A stretch of 64,000 nucleotides of DNA from Dicyema japonicum. Its lineage: Eukaryota; Animalia; Dicyemida. A model generated the notes under the pieces. The model saw only the letters and a list, made by a program, of their open reading frames with translations, was not told where the DNA came from and did no database searches. Position numbers and translations under genes: made by a program. Positions 40,090 through 52,777 of this stretch are shown here, in pieces; within the stretch, counting starts at the first letter, position 1, and the number at the start of each line of letters is the position of its first letter. The stretch lies in contig RDEW01000023.1 of the NCBI GenBank assembly GCA_011109175.1, positions 159,225 through 223,224 on the forward strand. Reading direction: 5' to 3'.

Positions 40090-41850
40090 ATGGGTAGAGC
40101 CACTAAAATATGGACTTAAAAATAAATTCTTTGATTTTTGCTTAGAAACAAATCCGCCCGATCGCGGTCGGATTCACCTTCAGGAGACTAGCAGCCAAGA
40201 TTGTTTTCAGATTTTCTACGTCAATCTTCTCAAAATCCTTACTTCCCAGTCAAGTTGGAGTCGGAGTTCGTCTCTGATGTGAGGCAGCCGTTCACTCCGT
40301 CAGTACATTCAGGGACCGCAGCATTCAAGGCTTTAAAAGGCACATTATGGTAAAGCTGGATATCAAGAACGCTTTAAACAGTTTAAGAAAAGACTGCTTT
40401 CTGAAGGCCTGCAAAGAAAGATGTCCATATATATTTGAACTGGTCAATTATTCATACGGAAAGCCTACGTCACTATTGCACGGGAACTTCATGGTTCCAT
40501 CATCCTCAGGTGTTCAACAGAGCAACCCCTTCAGACTACTGCTGTTCTCCCTCAGAATTGAGAGGATTACAAAGAGAGGATTACACTCAACATCTGGTAC
40601 TTCAATAACGCTGTTTTAGGAGTCCCCCGGAAATGGTCTTCCATGAGTTAGAAGTACTCATCCACGCGATGTCCGAGGTGGTCTTGAGTTGATCTTGAGT
40701 TGAATCCAACGAAATGTGAAATAACATACTGTGGTCTTGCTGAAGATGACTTCTCATTAATTGTTCCCAAATTTTACTCCTTGTTTCTTGGTGGGATTTC
40801 GACACCTGAAAACGAATTGATTTTTCTCGGATCCCCGATCATTAGGAGTTCGATGAAGCATGTCTTCTTTAACAAAAACAACTCCTATAAGAATCGTTTG
40901 ATAGATTACAGCTACTTGAGTCACACTCAGCACTATTTCTCATGAAAAGACGTCTTAAAATTCAGAGAATCGTCTATTTACTTATAGAGTCCTGTACTAT
41001 TCCCGACTAGAGCAGCTTGAGCATTTTGATTGGTCTTTCCTCAGTTCTACGGAGCAAATATTTAATGTCAAATTCGACGATGCTACATGGAAGCAAGTTA
41101 CACTACCAGTTAGATTTGGGAGTCTTGGAATCCGTCGTACATTGGACGTCTCACTTCCTGCACATCTGTCTTAACTCACGTCCTGCGAACCTTTGATCAG
41201 GAGGATTCTACACTCCCTACCCGATTTCTCAATTGACTAAGACATAATCCACGCACGAAAAGCCTGGAATGTCACCAACCTCCTCCTGCCTCCTTTACAA
41301 GACTGTCAGCCAAACCTGGACTATTTATTATGTTGGACTCTCACTGGAATCAGCCAATCAGCACCGACGTGCTTGTTTGCTTTCAGCGGCTTCTCCCGAG
41401 AGCGGTGCCTGCTCAACGCCATTCCCAATGGAGTTCTAGAAACGTTCCTGGATGATGGATGTGTCTGTATTGAGATCTCGTTGCGACTGGATTAAAAGTC
41501 TGTTTTCAACAGCCAAGATCGACTGTTTTGGCCTACACCCTCTATCCTGCAGGAAGAGTGTAGGCATATTTCATAGACACATGGCCTTGAACGAAGTCGT
41601 TAGGCGAGCTTTGACGCCGCCGGACACTTCTCCATGCTCGAACCTGTCGGCCTTAGCAGACGGGACGAGAAACCAGATGGGATGACAATCTTACCTTTTG
41701 AAGCCGGGAAACCACTTGCCTGAGACGTTACCTGCAACGACACATTTGCCTCTTGCAAACAGCTCCAGAATGCCTCTGGAGCTGTTCTGCCAATGAGAAG
41801 GCCGAGAAGAGCAGCCTCTATATAACCTTTTACTCTTTTTTCTTTCTTCA
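40090..41850 (+). mobile_element. CRE-like RLE element, degenerate, same subfamily as 28560
   Basis: VKLDIKNALNS, GVQQSNP, DGTRNQ and nucleotide identity with the 28.9 kb copy. Confidence 0.9.
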
Positions 41851-42595
41851 AATTAGTCCAGTATAATAGTTATCATAAAAAATTAATATTGATTGAATGA
41901 CAGGTTACTGGTTGATTGACAGGTGATTTGTAACCACTCGTGCGGGACACGACATATATATCCTCCTGCAAAAGTGGAAACATTCACATTCCTCTAAGTA
42001 AAAGCTGTTGTTATTATTTTGAAATCTTGTCAAACAATTACTTTTTCATGCACCGTGAATACACTAAGTACTGAATTTGACACATTTATTTATAATAGTG
42101 AATTTCCATTAATAAATAATTATTCCGAAAACCAAAAGTAAAACCAAACAAATTTACTGATCCTGACGTATTCCAGAAAAACCATCACACAAGAACAGTG
42201 ATCCAGAAGACGTCCACCGAAAAGCTGAGATCAATTCCAGAACTTGTCGGCAGGGAACGAAATTGTCTCTGTGGGATGAATAGTTTATTTTTTTGAATGC
42301 TGACAAACATTTGCCGTCCCTTGAGTTAGTAGGATTTAATGAAAACATTAGATAGAACGAAAAAAATTTAATCAAATAACTATATAACACAACAAGGCGT
42401 TTGCCGCCTTGTCAAGTTATTGAAAAATATTTATCAAGAGAAATTCGTCATGCTAAAATTTTTGACTATAATAAAAAATATTTAATAAAAAATCGTTATA
42501 AAATATCTATTATAGATATTAAGTAATAATTAAATAAAAAAATTATATTGAAATGTTAAATAAAATAAAATTTGACCTAATAAAATTTAGATTAC

Positions 42596-43915
42596 ATGAA
42601 CAGAACTATTCATTTTGTAATATTTATTCTTTTTAGCAAAATCGTTAAAATAAAAAGTGATTGGAGATATATAGTAATTGACTCATATGCAATTCTGAAA
42701 ACTCCTTCTGAAGTATATATTTGTTAACTTTAGGAATTTAATTTATGTATGTTAAATAGGGATCAACATATAGATGACTGGAAATCTCATGGAGCGCTTA
42801 GGTTATCTCTAGATAATATGAATTTTAAACTTATTCCACACTTTTACGATGAGTTTTATACTATTGACTTAATAACAGAAATTGTTTATGGTATTTTTTT
42901 GTTGTACTTAAGGTGGTAAACATTTTAAAAACATCACAAAGATACCTCAAACTAAATATGGGGATTACTACCGATGTGGTTTTACTCATATTAGATTTCC
43001 GAATCATTTATCTGTTACAATTTATTCAAACAAGTTGCAATATCACGATGATGGTTTTTTGATTTTACTGGAAAAGGTTTTAATTAAAATTTATTTAGCT
43101 AATGACTGTAACCCAAATAATGACCCAAATACGCCGATTTGGTTTTTATTTAACAAAAAGATAATCAGAGGAGTAATAAGTGGAAATATCAAAATATCAT
43201 ATATTGACAATAACAGAATTGTACACGTGAACATTGATTCTTAGATAACAGATGAGCATTTCAGTGATTATGATTATAATATTTTAACATATTATTATAG
43301 TTACTATAAATATGTATTGACTAGTAAACATGCTACAATAACTATTACGGCGTATGAACAATTTGAGAATACATATCAAATTTATAAATTTTCTGTTTGT
43401 GTTGGGCATAGAAATAATAAATGCGTTTTATTGGAAAAGCAATTTAAAAAAATTAAAATGGGAGGATTTTATCACTGTGGATTCATTTCACAAAGCTATA
43501 AAAATGTGACTATCGAACTTTCATCTCTTAAATTACAATTTTTCCGCAATGATCTGATTTTTGAATTTATTGGAGATGGTAAATAAATCCGGCTGATTTT
43601 TAGATGAAGGATGCTTTGAAACACAGTCATCTACTGAAATTAAAGACAAAAAAACCACGATTCAACATCATAATATTGCAGATGGTGAGTAAACCCGACT
43701 GAATTTTAGATAAAATAAGTTTTAAAGATCTAATATCGTCTGAAACTAAATCCGTAAAAAAACTGACGAAACATCAAATAATTGGAATCGTGTGTGGAGT
43801 TGTCGGACTACTGTTGTCATTGGTACTATTTATAATACTTACTGGCGTCATTGGTAATATTTATATCAAAATGAAATCTCGTAAAAAATCATTCATCACC
43901 GAACCATTCCTTTAG
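42596..43915 (+). CDS. Two-domain LAMP-like type I membrane protein, paralog B (one -1 frameshift in the T-run at ~43055)
   Basis: Introns at 42713-42733, 42891-42912, 43077-43098, 43221-43244, 43579-43603, 43685-43709 (21-25 nt). Signal-like N-terminus, YYRCG and FYHCG motifs, KLQ strands, TM IIGIVCGVVGLLLSLVLFII, short basic tail. Confidence 0.75.
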
Positions 43916-44059
43916 TAAAGCTAATTATGATTCTTTATTGGTTAAATTGGGTTAATAGTTTATTTTGGGTTAATAGTTAATAAAATATTTTAAATAAAAC
44001 GAATACTAATCTAGGCGCTTGAATAGCAAAGCAATATACTGTTAATAGCCATCGAGATA

Positions 44060-44200
44060 TACTCCCGAGCTTTGTGACAGTTTGTGAGAAAATCATTGGT
44101 TTGGGATGTAACTTGTGTGGATACCTTCTTCACTTTGCTCATTCTGAGATCTGCTCATAAACCAAGATCTGAAGCCAATGCCTATGTAGTGGTAGCAGCG
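44060..44200 (+). mobile_element. CRE-like RLE remnant
   Basis: KSLVWDVTCVDT. Confidence 0.55.
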
Positions 44201-44759
44201 AATAGCATAAATCCCTTCATTTAAAGACGTCTTACATAATAACGCTGCTCTTCTACGTTTGTCTTCAGTAATTTTCGCTTTGTATCGGGCATAAAAATGA
44301 ACTTAAGAATTTAAGTAATACTCAGCTATTTATATTCTTCGTGTTCACGAGGACTAAAACTGACTCGCCTGCGAAAAAAATTCCATATCTTCAACCGTGG
44401 GATGTAAGAGTTAATTCTGCATTCAAATCATATTTGAGAAATGAATGAGATAAGTGGATTTCTTAAGGTGTCAAAAAAATTTACACAAAAGGTTATCGAA
44501 AACGGCCAAGCAAGGTTGTGTTTTAAAATGACATGTATTTTAATAAATAAAATAACAAAATGCAAATAATTTAGAGTTTCGAGTGGTACGGAATTGCACC
44601 AAGAGGCAAATAACCGCCTCCCTTTTATCACAGGCTATCAAATTGTCGAGAACAGGACATGAGGATAACTTCGAGAAGAACTCCAGACATGATCCGGTTC
44701 ATAAGTTAAGTAATTGAATTCGTAAGACGAAGTCCCTGGTCTCTTACGGACAAAGAGGT

Positions 44760-45600
44760 TAGATCTTTCAGGTAGCCAGGTATCATTCCGTCGACCCCGC
44801 CACTGCCACTAAAAGCAAAATTCCAAATTGCGAGGACAACTTCATCGTTTGATGCAATCAGAGGACTCACTCCGTATGGGGGAGCAACTTGGCATAAGTT
44901 TTGGGGTGGCAGTGGATGCTTGTTCAGTAAAATATTGTAGGCGTCTGGAGTCGGTTTTCGTGGTCCACTCAGGAAAGTGCCATGATGGCTGCGCGAGTGT
45001 CACCTTCGATTAACTTCGACCGGACAGTTCTCTTAAGACGGAGCCCTTCGACTTCCTCGTTATGACCACGTGTATCCCTCGTACTGTTAAAAGCCATGGG
45101 ACAACTGGGGATGTGGATACCTCCCAAAAAAAACGAATGTTGGTCCTTATAATGGTAGCGAGAGACTCCTTTCTGTGATCCTTTCGATCAAGTCCCTTTG
45201 CGGAAAGCGCAAAACTGAATAAGCGCATCCAATCATGTACTGCGTTAGTCCGGAGGGCATCTTCAATCGTTTTGGAAAAGGCCTCCGCAGAAACAGGTCG
45301 TATGGCTTTGGGAATCCTCACAGGGATGGTTCGTGAAGAACGTAATTCAGAGATGAGACGTATGAATGTTTCTGGGTCCGTGGTTGATGGGTAATTAACG
45401 GGAGAGTTAACGTTGACACGGACACGGGGAACCTCCCTGCATAAGCTGAAGCATGACTGGCAGTGCCATACTCCAAGCACGCTTGCTGCTGCTCCAGTAA
45501 GTTCTCCCCTAGTAGGTCTATTCCCCAGTATGTTCTTCCACAGTAGTCCCAAGCTGTTTTGTAGGGACCAGTTGATGTGGTTAACATAGTCTAGCATAGA
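44760..45600 (-). mobile_element. CRE-like N-terminal region with a PHD-like finger remnant
   Basis: GVWHCQSC, RTIPVRIPKAIR, GGVDGMIPGYLKDL, homologous to 31800-32700. Confidence 0.75.
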
Positions 45601-45830
45601 ACACAATTCGATGTAGGGAACAATTGGTGTCCAACTTGGAAAATATCTAGAGAGTTTGACCCTGTGTCTACTGCGACTTTCAATAGGTTCCTTCGTAATT
45701 GTGAGTCCTTTCGACTTATGATATGTTTCTCCACCCTATAATAGGTTTCCCCACTTTGTAATTGGTTCCTGCGTTTGCAATATTGTTATTCGTCTTGAGG
45801 AGATTCCCTCGGAGTGAATAGGTTCATTCA

Positions 45831-45979
45831 TCTTGTAATATGGCCCTTGTAATGTGTATCATCGATTCGTCTTGTAATATGATTCTTTTAATGTGTATCT
45901 TCGGATCGTCTTGAAATCTGGCCCTTGTAGTGTGCATCTTCGGATCGTCTTTTATTATGACCCTTGTAATTTGTATCTT
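45831..45979. repeat. 39 bp minisatellite, about 4 copies
   Basis: Units start at 45831, 45870, 45909 and 45948. Confidence 0.85.
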
Positions 45980-46249
45980 TGCCTTGAAACTCTTTCGAGT
46001 TGAAAACGTGAAAGTAGGACCAATGGCACCAATGGCGAATGCCACCACATTCACCGATACCACCACCACCCTATTTTGAGTTCATAGATAATCTACTTCT
46101 TTTTACACGTGCCATTGAGGAACCTTACGTCCATGGGGAGATTTTGGAGAATGAGCTCAGGCATAGCACTACCCCACTATGGATTTTCCTAAAACCTGCG
46201 CAGCAGATTATTTACTAATTTCAATATATAGCTGTACTGGAACTATTTT

Positions 46250-47150
46250 GAAAGGTTCCAAATGGGGCGGAAATCCCGCGGCCTTGAAGGCTCGAAAAAT
46301 GATGTCATTGAGAGCTGCGTGACACGGGACTCGACCAGCACTTCGTCAGCAAAAGAGTGGATGTAAGTCTTTCGTATCAACGTCCCCGCATCAACGACAT
46401 TTGTGTCTCTGGCATATGTCCAGTCCTAAGGGCAGTGCCACCTCGATCCTCAGGATATTTTCGTCAAAAAGGGTACTCAGATGTGGCCACGGTAGGTCCT
46501 CGAGGCAGACTCCATTTCCGCGATGTGCGGCCGACTTAATGCTTGCTAGGATTATATGGCGCCACCAGAGATGGTGAACCACATGACGCAGGCTAAAAAT
46601 TCGAGCTCTCTGAAGCCAAAGGGGAAGAGCAGAAAAATCAATCAAATAATCTTCAATTCATGTAGCCACATAGCATCACACTAACATAGGCGTTACGTGG
46701 CATAAAAAGATGGAATAAAGATTGATCCCCAGTTAACTCTTCTAGGAAGAGAAAAACGATTTCGATAGATTTTTAGTTTACAGTGTCTAATGGATGTCTT
46801 AATTGCAAGTATAAAGTACTGTCTGATTCTTTTCGAGACATATGTTGACGTTAGTTTATTACTTTTATGAATATTTAATCATTTTTTTTGATAATAGAGA
46901 AAACAAATAAATTTTTTTTAGTTAAAAGGCAGGATTGCGAAGGCGTTCCCTCCGATCATCGCTGTTTCGAGCTTCTGCTTAACAGAGTCTTTTGTGAAGC
47001 TCTTATCTCTTCGAAGCAAGTCTTCGTCCGATATTTGAGAGAGGATAGACTTTCAAACCGAGCTCTGGTGGTGGTAGACTTTCAAACCGAGTTGGGATCA
47101 AGGAATTGTTGGAGATATTGTAAGCTCCACATTTCAAGAAGGGTAACCTA
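46250..47150 (-). mobile_element. CRE-like RLE fragments (46250-46690 and 46930-47150)
   Basis: LRIEVALPLG..CQRHKCR and KLETAMIGGNAFAI. Confidence 0.7.
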
Positions 47151-47319
47151 ATTGCAGGATCTTTGACTCCCATTCTAAGTGGTCAACAGAAGTTTCCTTA
47201 TTTAACTGGTAACGACAACTTAAGTTTCCTTATTTAACTAAACCTAAGTTCAAGAGGCCTTCGATAAATTTAGGTTTTTTTCTTTAATGCAATTTAATAT
47301 AATATTCAATCAAAAACCA

Positions 47320-47630
47320 GTTGGCTTTGCAGGCTTAACGGGAAACGACCATCTCCTTTTTGAAATCGGGAAACCTTTTGTCTGGGACGTCAACTGTACC
47401 GATACTTTTGCTTCTTGCAACCTATTCCAGAGTGCTTCTGAATCCTATTCAGCCGCTGAGTAAGCCGAGAAGTTGTCACTGAAAAAGTACCTAATAATGT
47501 CTTGTCTCTAGGGAATCGAATATCTACACGATCAGAAGACCCCCGTGAGGGTTGCTGGTTTTTTGAGCGAATCACGCTCTCCATCCTGAGAGGGAATAGC
47601 CACGCAGTCAGGGTGGACGCTATATGACCA
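47320..47630 (+). mobile_element. CRE-like 3' fragment
   Basis: GKPFVWDVNCTDTFA...LRGNSHAV. Confidence 0.8.
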
Positions 47631-48530
47631 TTTGCTCACTTTTTTCCTTAATAAATTGATTTAATTTAATCAAAATTTATTGCAATAAATAAAATTATTT
47701 CATCACAGAAAATTTGCCCCAAGTTCGAATCTCACTGCTGTTTATTCATACTGAAGGTTCTAAACATCTAAGATGCTTTGGCTTGACGAGTAATATCGTC
47801 ATCAGTGAACATCTCACTGCGGAACCGGATCTTCCACAAGAAGACTCACACCCAACAAAAAGAATCCTTGATCCTTTCTCATCGATTAGTTATGATAACG
47901 GTTCTTTACTTAAATAAAGGCAGGGAATATACTCTGTTACGACACTCCAGGTGAGCAATGCCACACGTAAAGACACCATCCTTCTCATCAGTAACAAGAT
48001 CAATAACGACCGGTCGTTTAACCCTAAATATTATAAATATGAAATACAGTCGTTGGCTTTTTTGCCGGTAAATCACCTTTCAAAAGTACAGACCCCGTGG
48101 CGAAATTTTCAAGAAGAGACTGATTCGTTAAGAAATTGTACTCTCTTTAGATTTAAACAAATGTGAAGAGACCACGTCGAGTCTGTTCGATTTAAAGAAA
48201 ATTTCAATTCTCTTTGATTGACCGATTGGGAAGTGATGACTATACTGAATATCTAACTCATCCTTGTCATCGTGAAAGTCATCCTAATAATTGTTAAACT
48301 CGTTCACATAAGTTTCTAGTAATCCTTAAATTACTACTAAATGTATAAAGGCTATATGGAATTCTCTCTTGAATATGACTGATGCGCTTTTGCAAGGAAA
48401 TTCGAAACAGTGCGTACATCCAACGAGAAGCCATCACTGCTTAATTATAATAAAATATTTATTAATTTGAATTTACTAAGAAAACATTTAAAAATTGATG
48501 GATTAAGATTAGAAAGTAGAAATAGGCCGA

Positions 48531-48846
48531 AAAGAAATGCCGCGTGGCGCCATGTGGTGCTTCGAGGCTAATTGGTTGAAGTTTCTGTTTTGGTTGTCTG
48601 TTCTTCCTCTCTCTTCCTAAGAGAGTGGCGTCATGTGATCCACCTGTCTAGGTGACGCCCAGTGCCAGGCCGGCATGAAAAAGGATCATTTGCTCTTCCC
48701 CACTCCACTGGAGGGGTTTCCACAACTGCATGTAATTAGCGTCTTACCTTTTATGCTGATTTCGGATGGATTCTGTAGAAGTGGAAACTGGATACACTTA
48801 ACTAGTTGTTTACTTTAACTTCTTTCTCGGTGTATCTGGAGTTAAT
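48531..48846 (+). mobile_element. ~315 bp LINE-3'-derived short element with TSD aaataggccga
   Basis: TSD at 48520-48530 and 48847-48857. Colinear with 33354-33656. Confidence 0.75.
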
Positions 48847-48869
48847 AAATAGGCCGATAACCGCTCATC

Positions 48870-49140
48870 GATGTGGACATCACTTCTTGGGAGACGACAA
48901 TGTTACTGAAGTCACTGTAGAGTCACTTGAACGAAAAATGGAAAGATTACCTTTGTAAACATCTATGTGTCTCCGCCTGGTTCTTCCCCGAAGCAATATG
49001 CTATACCCAATTTATCCACTTTGGTTTCCTTGAACGACGTGATCATGGGTGGGAATATCAACGCAAAATTACGTTCCTAGCTTGGCAGAACTACAAGTAA
49101 GACAATAATTAGAACTCAATAGTACATCCTGCACGAATGA
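48870..49140 (+). mobile_element. APE endonuclease remnant (Jockey/I group)
   Basis: FVNIYVSPP...IPNLS...GGNINAK, homologous to 60929-61204. Confidence 0.65.
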
Positions 49141-49141
49141 A

Positions 49142-49200
49142 TTACCGTATTTGCCGGTGTACAAGTTGACTCGTTGTATAAGTCGACCCCTTACTATTTA
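49142..49200 (+). mobile_element. Tc1/mariner (pogo/Tc2-like) terminal sequence, solo
   Basis: taCCGTATTTGCCGGTGTACAAG...TATAAGTCGAC. No partner end was found. Confidence 0.4.
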
Positions 49201-49387
49201 CTTTGTAATCCTGTGATATTACGCGCCGAGAGAGACTAACAACAATGAACACTCTTAGAAAGTGATTTATTTTCAGATAAGAAACAATCTGTCAAATGTT
49301 TAGACACATAAGGTGTTCTCGGGAAAATTGTCTGGCTTTAATCACACAAATTTCATTCTCCATGTTAAAACCTGGATACTTTCCATT

Positions 49388-49490
49388 GCAGATTTACCCA
49401 TGTCCAGCGAAACCTGGATTGCAGTGACAACCGTGATCTCCGTCTACGGTTTCACATACAACATCTAGGTGACATTTTGTAGAAACACAA
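49388..49490 (-). pseudogene. EGF-like domain exon with a premature stop
   Basis: CVSTKCHLDVVCETVDGDHGCHCNPGFAGHG*IC has the six-Cys EGF pattern with C.C..GF.G.G..C. Confidence 0.65.
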
Positions 49491-51949
49491 TTTAATCTCC
49501 CATGCGGTGGCATTATTTGCAAACGGTTGAATAAACGGTTTCAAATAATATGAGTTCTTATAACAAGACCACAATATTCACGCTCGGCGCAGTCACTCCT
49601 GCTATATATAGAATTTGGAGTATAATCCACTATTTCTCCAACATCCCGATCTATATCCAATGAAAGAAGAAGATTCTTCAATAACTTTAGAATGCGTGGA
49701 CATGTTTTCTTTTGACCAGATATGATATCCTCCAAACAATGATGGAGGCATCTGAGTTTCTTCACGAATGCTCAAAGGCATTGTGTTCCTTAGACATTTT
49801 TTGATTTCATGCAGCTTTGTTTGCACACAAATTTACATACCCGTGTCAAAGTCATCAATGGGTTCTTCATTTGAGTTCCTATAGACCCCGGTGACATTTT
49901 TTTCAGAAAATCCGGTTCTCACAAAAGAAAATATGTTACTACGCGCAATTAATTGAGAAGAGACAACCAAAAGATCGCTGATTGGGAGGACATTTCCATA
50001 CAAGTCATGAATTGAGATCTTACTAGTTTACAATAATTTGGAAATGTAATAAATCTTTACAAATAATGGTATCCCGTCTTTTGCAAATCATAGATTTTAA
50101 AATGATCCCTTGGAATTAAAATCATGCAAGTGTGAGTTAAAATTTAATAAATGTAAAAAATGGTCACCATCCACTTCTTCAGATTTGGCCAGAGCACAAG
50201 CAATTCAGAGAACAGAAGTTGAGAGGGAATCAATGTTCATTTACAGAAAGTGATTCGGATGAACATAGTGATTCTCTGGCTCTTCACAGAACTTGCGGAA
50301 ACGCGCTAATTCCTTCTTTTAAAAGACCTTACTAGCGACAAAAATCAAAAAGTTAATAATGTGGATGACTTTGAATTTTCCAATTATTAGCATGACTCAA
50401 CAATCTAGATAACGTAGAAAGGACTTGGTTAGACATACACAAAGAATATATTCGAACTAAATATTAAAGGGAGTAGATCTACTTTGTACAAGGAGTCAGT
50501 CGTAAAAGATGATATACAAGATCGCTTTTTTAAAAACTCCGGGTTAAGAGGCCAAAAACAATTAGCAAAGGTTCAATCACTTATTATTTCTGAACGAATT
50601 AAGGGAAATAAAAAAAAACTGTCCTCATTATCGAAATCGAATGGCTATAGTGGCATCTTAAATTTACAACTTTTCTGGTTCCGCGGAAAGTGCTATTAAT
50701 AATAATAATATCGAAATCAAACGACACAGATCAACAAATTCTATTTTTGCATGGATCCCAGGTTCACAGCCTCTTTTGACCAAAACTGTCAACTGTGAAG
50801 GCGACAAATCAGTGAAATGTTTCCAATATCAAGTCGGAAGCAATTTTCCCAAAAAAGTCGACGAAAAAAAGCAATTTATAGAATAATCCCAATTCGACAG
50901 TTTTTTCTTAGCGCACATAGGTTCGCTGGAAAAAGAAGATTCAGAAACATTCAAAAGCGTCAAGTTAACGAGACGAAGGATTCTCCTGCAGTATGATCAC
51001 AGCTATTTTTAATTGTCGATTACGCAATCATAACTTAGATAAGTGAAATTAATTTTTGTATATAAATGGCCATACTAGTTCATCTTACAAGATACGATCT
51101 CGAATCATCAGTCCTAAGAGATCCTTGTGACCCTAATGATCCTTGGCTTCATAAAAGCATCTTAGGTTGAAGCATCCAAATTTTTTAGAGAGTATTTTTA
51201 ACACATGTTGCGTCCAATCCATATTTCGATCATTAGTAAATGGGAATATCGTTCTCCCATCGGAGCGTTTCCATCAATAAGGGAGAAACTAGTGGGGCTA
51301 GCAGAGGAAAGTGCATTTTTTAAGTCAGGTTTAGACCACATGTCGGGAAATACCCATAAATCAACTTACGTGACAAGGGATGATAATCCATAGACCAATC
51401 CAATGTCCACACAGAATTTGTGTTTATCACAAACTTTAAGGTCAAGAACGAACGAGGCTGCTATTCTCATATTCATTGTCAGAAAATTACCAAATTCGTC
51501 ACATGGATAAAATCTCAACCAAGCATTCATTGAATAACTGATAGTCATTTGAGACAAGTTTTTTTCCATTCACATTGCGCTCAGAGAACTCTTTCTATTT
51601 CAACAACAGACATTTAGTTCAATCATCCGGATCATTAAAAATATGTCGATACCTCCACAGCTCCTGATAGTTACAAAGAATAAGAGTAAGGACAGTATCC
51701 ACCAATGGCATCCACATTTGGTTCCGAATAAAAGTATACACCAATGCATCTATTGTCATCAAATATATATAATCACTTCAACGGTTGACCTAATTTTACT
51801 GTCAAATAGAAATATGACCTAATTTTAAGGTAGAGGAAATCGTAGTTTCTTTTAACAGACATTCTCAGTACTTTCTCCAATGAGTCAATCGTCCAAGAAC
51901 CACCCCCAGATAATCCGGTCTGTTAGACATCTCCACGTTCTTACAAGAT

Positions 51950-52440
51950 TACGATTTTCGGAGACTTTTTTCATCATTTTCGGAGACTAATGCTATTTTA
52001 GCATGTTTTAGATCGATGTTTTTGTAATAATTTTATTCAGATGCTTCGACTAACAAGCTGTGCATAAGATTCGTTTTTTATCACGATTGGATAGTGTATA
52101 CGTAGTAGAGTCCTTAGTTTTTTTATTCGTTCATTTTATGGACAACTCTCCCAACAGGACCATGTTTAAGAACAGTCTGATATCATTGATTCTTTAAAAA
52201 CAAAATCAGGTCATCCGCATATCTTAATTCCTAGATAGAAATAGGACAATTTTTAGCTCTTGGATAACGAAGAATAGCTTCCAAATAAACAACAAGAGAA
52301 TTCATTATAATGGATAAGCTTATGAGTGCCAATGTGCGTTTTAAAGTTGCAATGGGCTCTGAGATAACACAGATTTCGAATTCTGTGTTTGAAAATAGAA
52401 CCCACATAATCCTTAAACTGTCCTTGTATAGCAACATTTA
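51950..52440 (-). mobile_element. RTE RT remnant
   Basis: LFSNTE...VVYLEAILR aligns with LLSNTE...TIYLEAAMR at 16.7-16.9 kb. Confidence 0.5.
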
Positions 52441-52777
52441 TAGTCTTTCCTCAGAATTTATTTAAAAATGATTTTTATGCATTTTGTAATTAACATTATT
52501 CAAAAGTTATTAAACTTTATGACACAATTTTTTTAACATTTTGGCAAAGAAATTAGACATTTTGGAAAAGTTATCAAACTTCATGGTAAAGTAATTACAC
52601 AAATCAGAAAACCCTGTACATTGAGTGAATTTTATTAAATTATTTTTTAATTTTATTTAATTATCAAATAGTTTATTTAATAAAATTATTATTAATTATA
52701 ACGACTGTAACTTATATAATAATTTTAATTTCTTGTGGTCACTAGTATATTCATCATTTTGGTATTTAATCCTATAG

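Noticed and set aside
45831-45979. CRISPR array or neuropeptide precursor
   Set aside because: There are no spacers and the context is eukaryotic. The Gly is not followed directly by the dibasic site, a stop interrupts that frame, and there is no signal peptide.
48665-48740. HDV-like ribozyme suggested by ggccggcatg
   Set aside because: I could not build the nested double pseudoknot, and the motif is absent from the 33.4 kb copy.
51660-51770. Cache/GPR158-like CIGVYFYSEPN..GGYCPYSY
   Set aside because: The similarity is too short and surrounded by stops.
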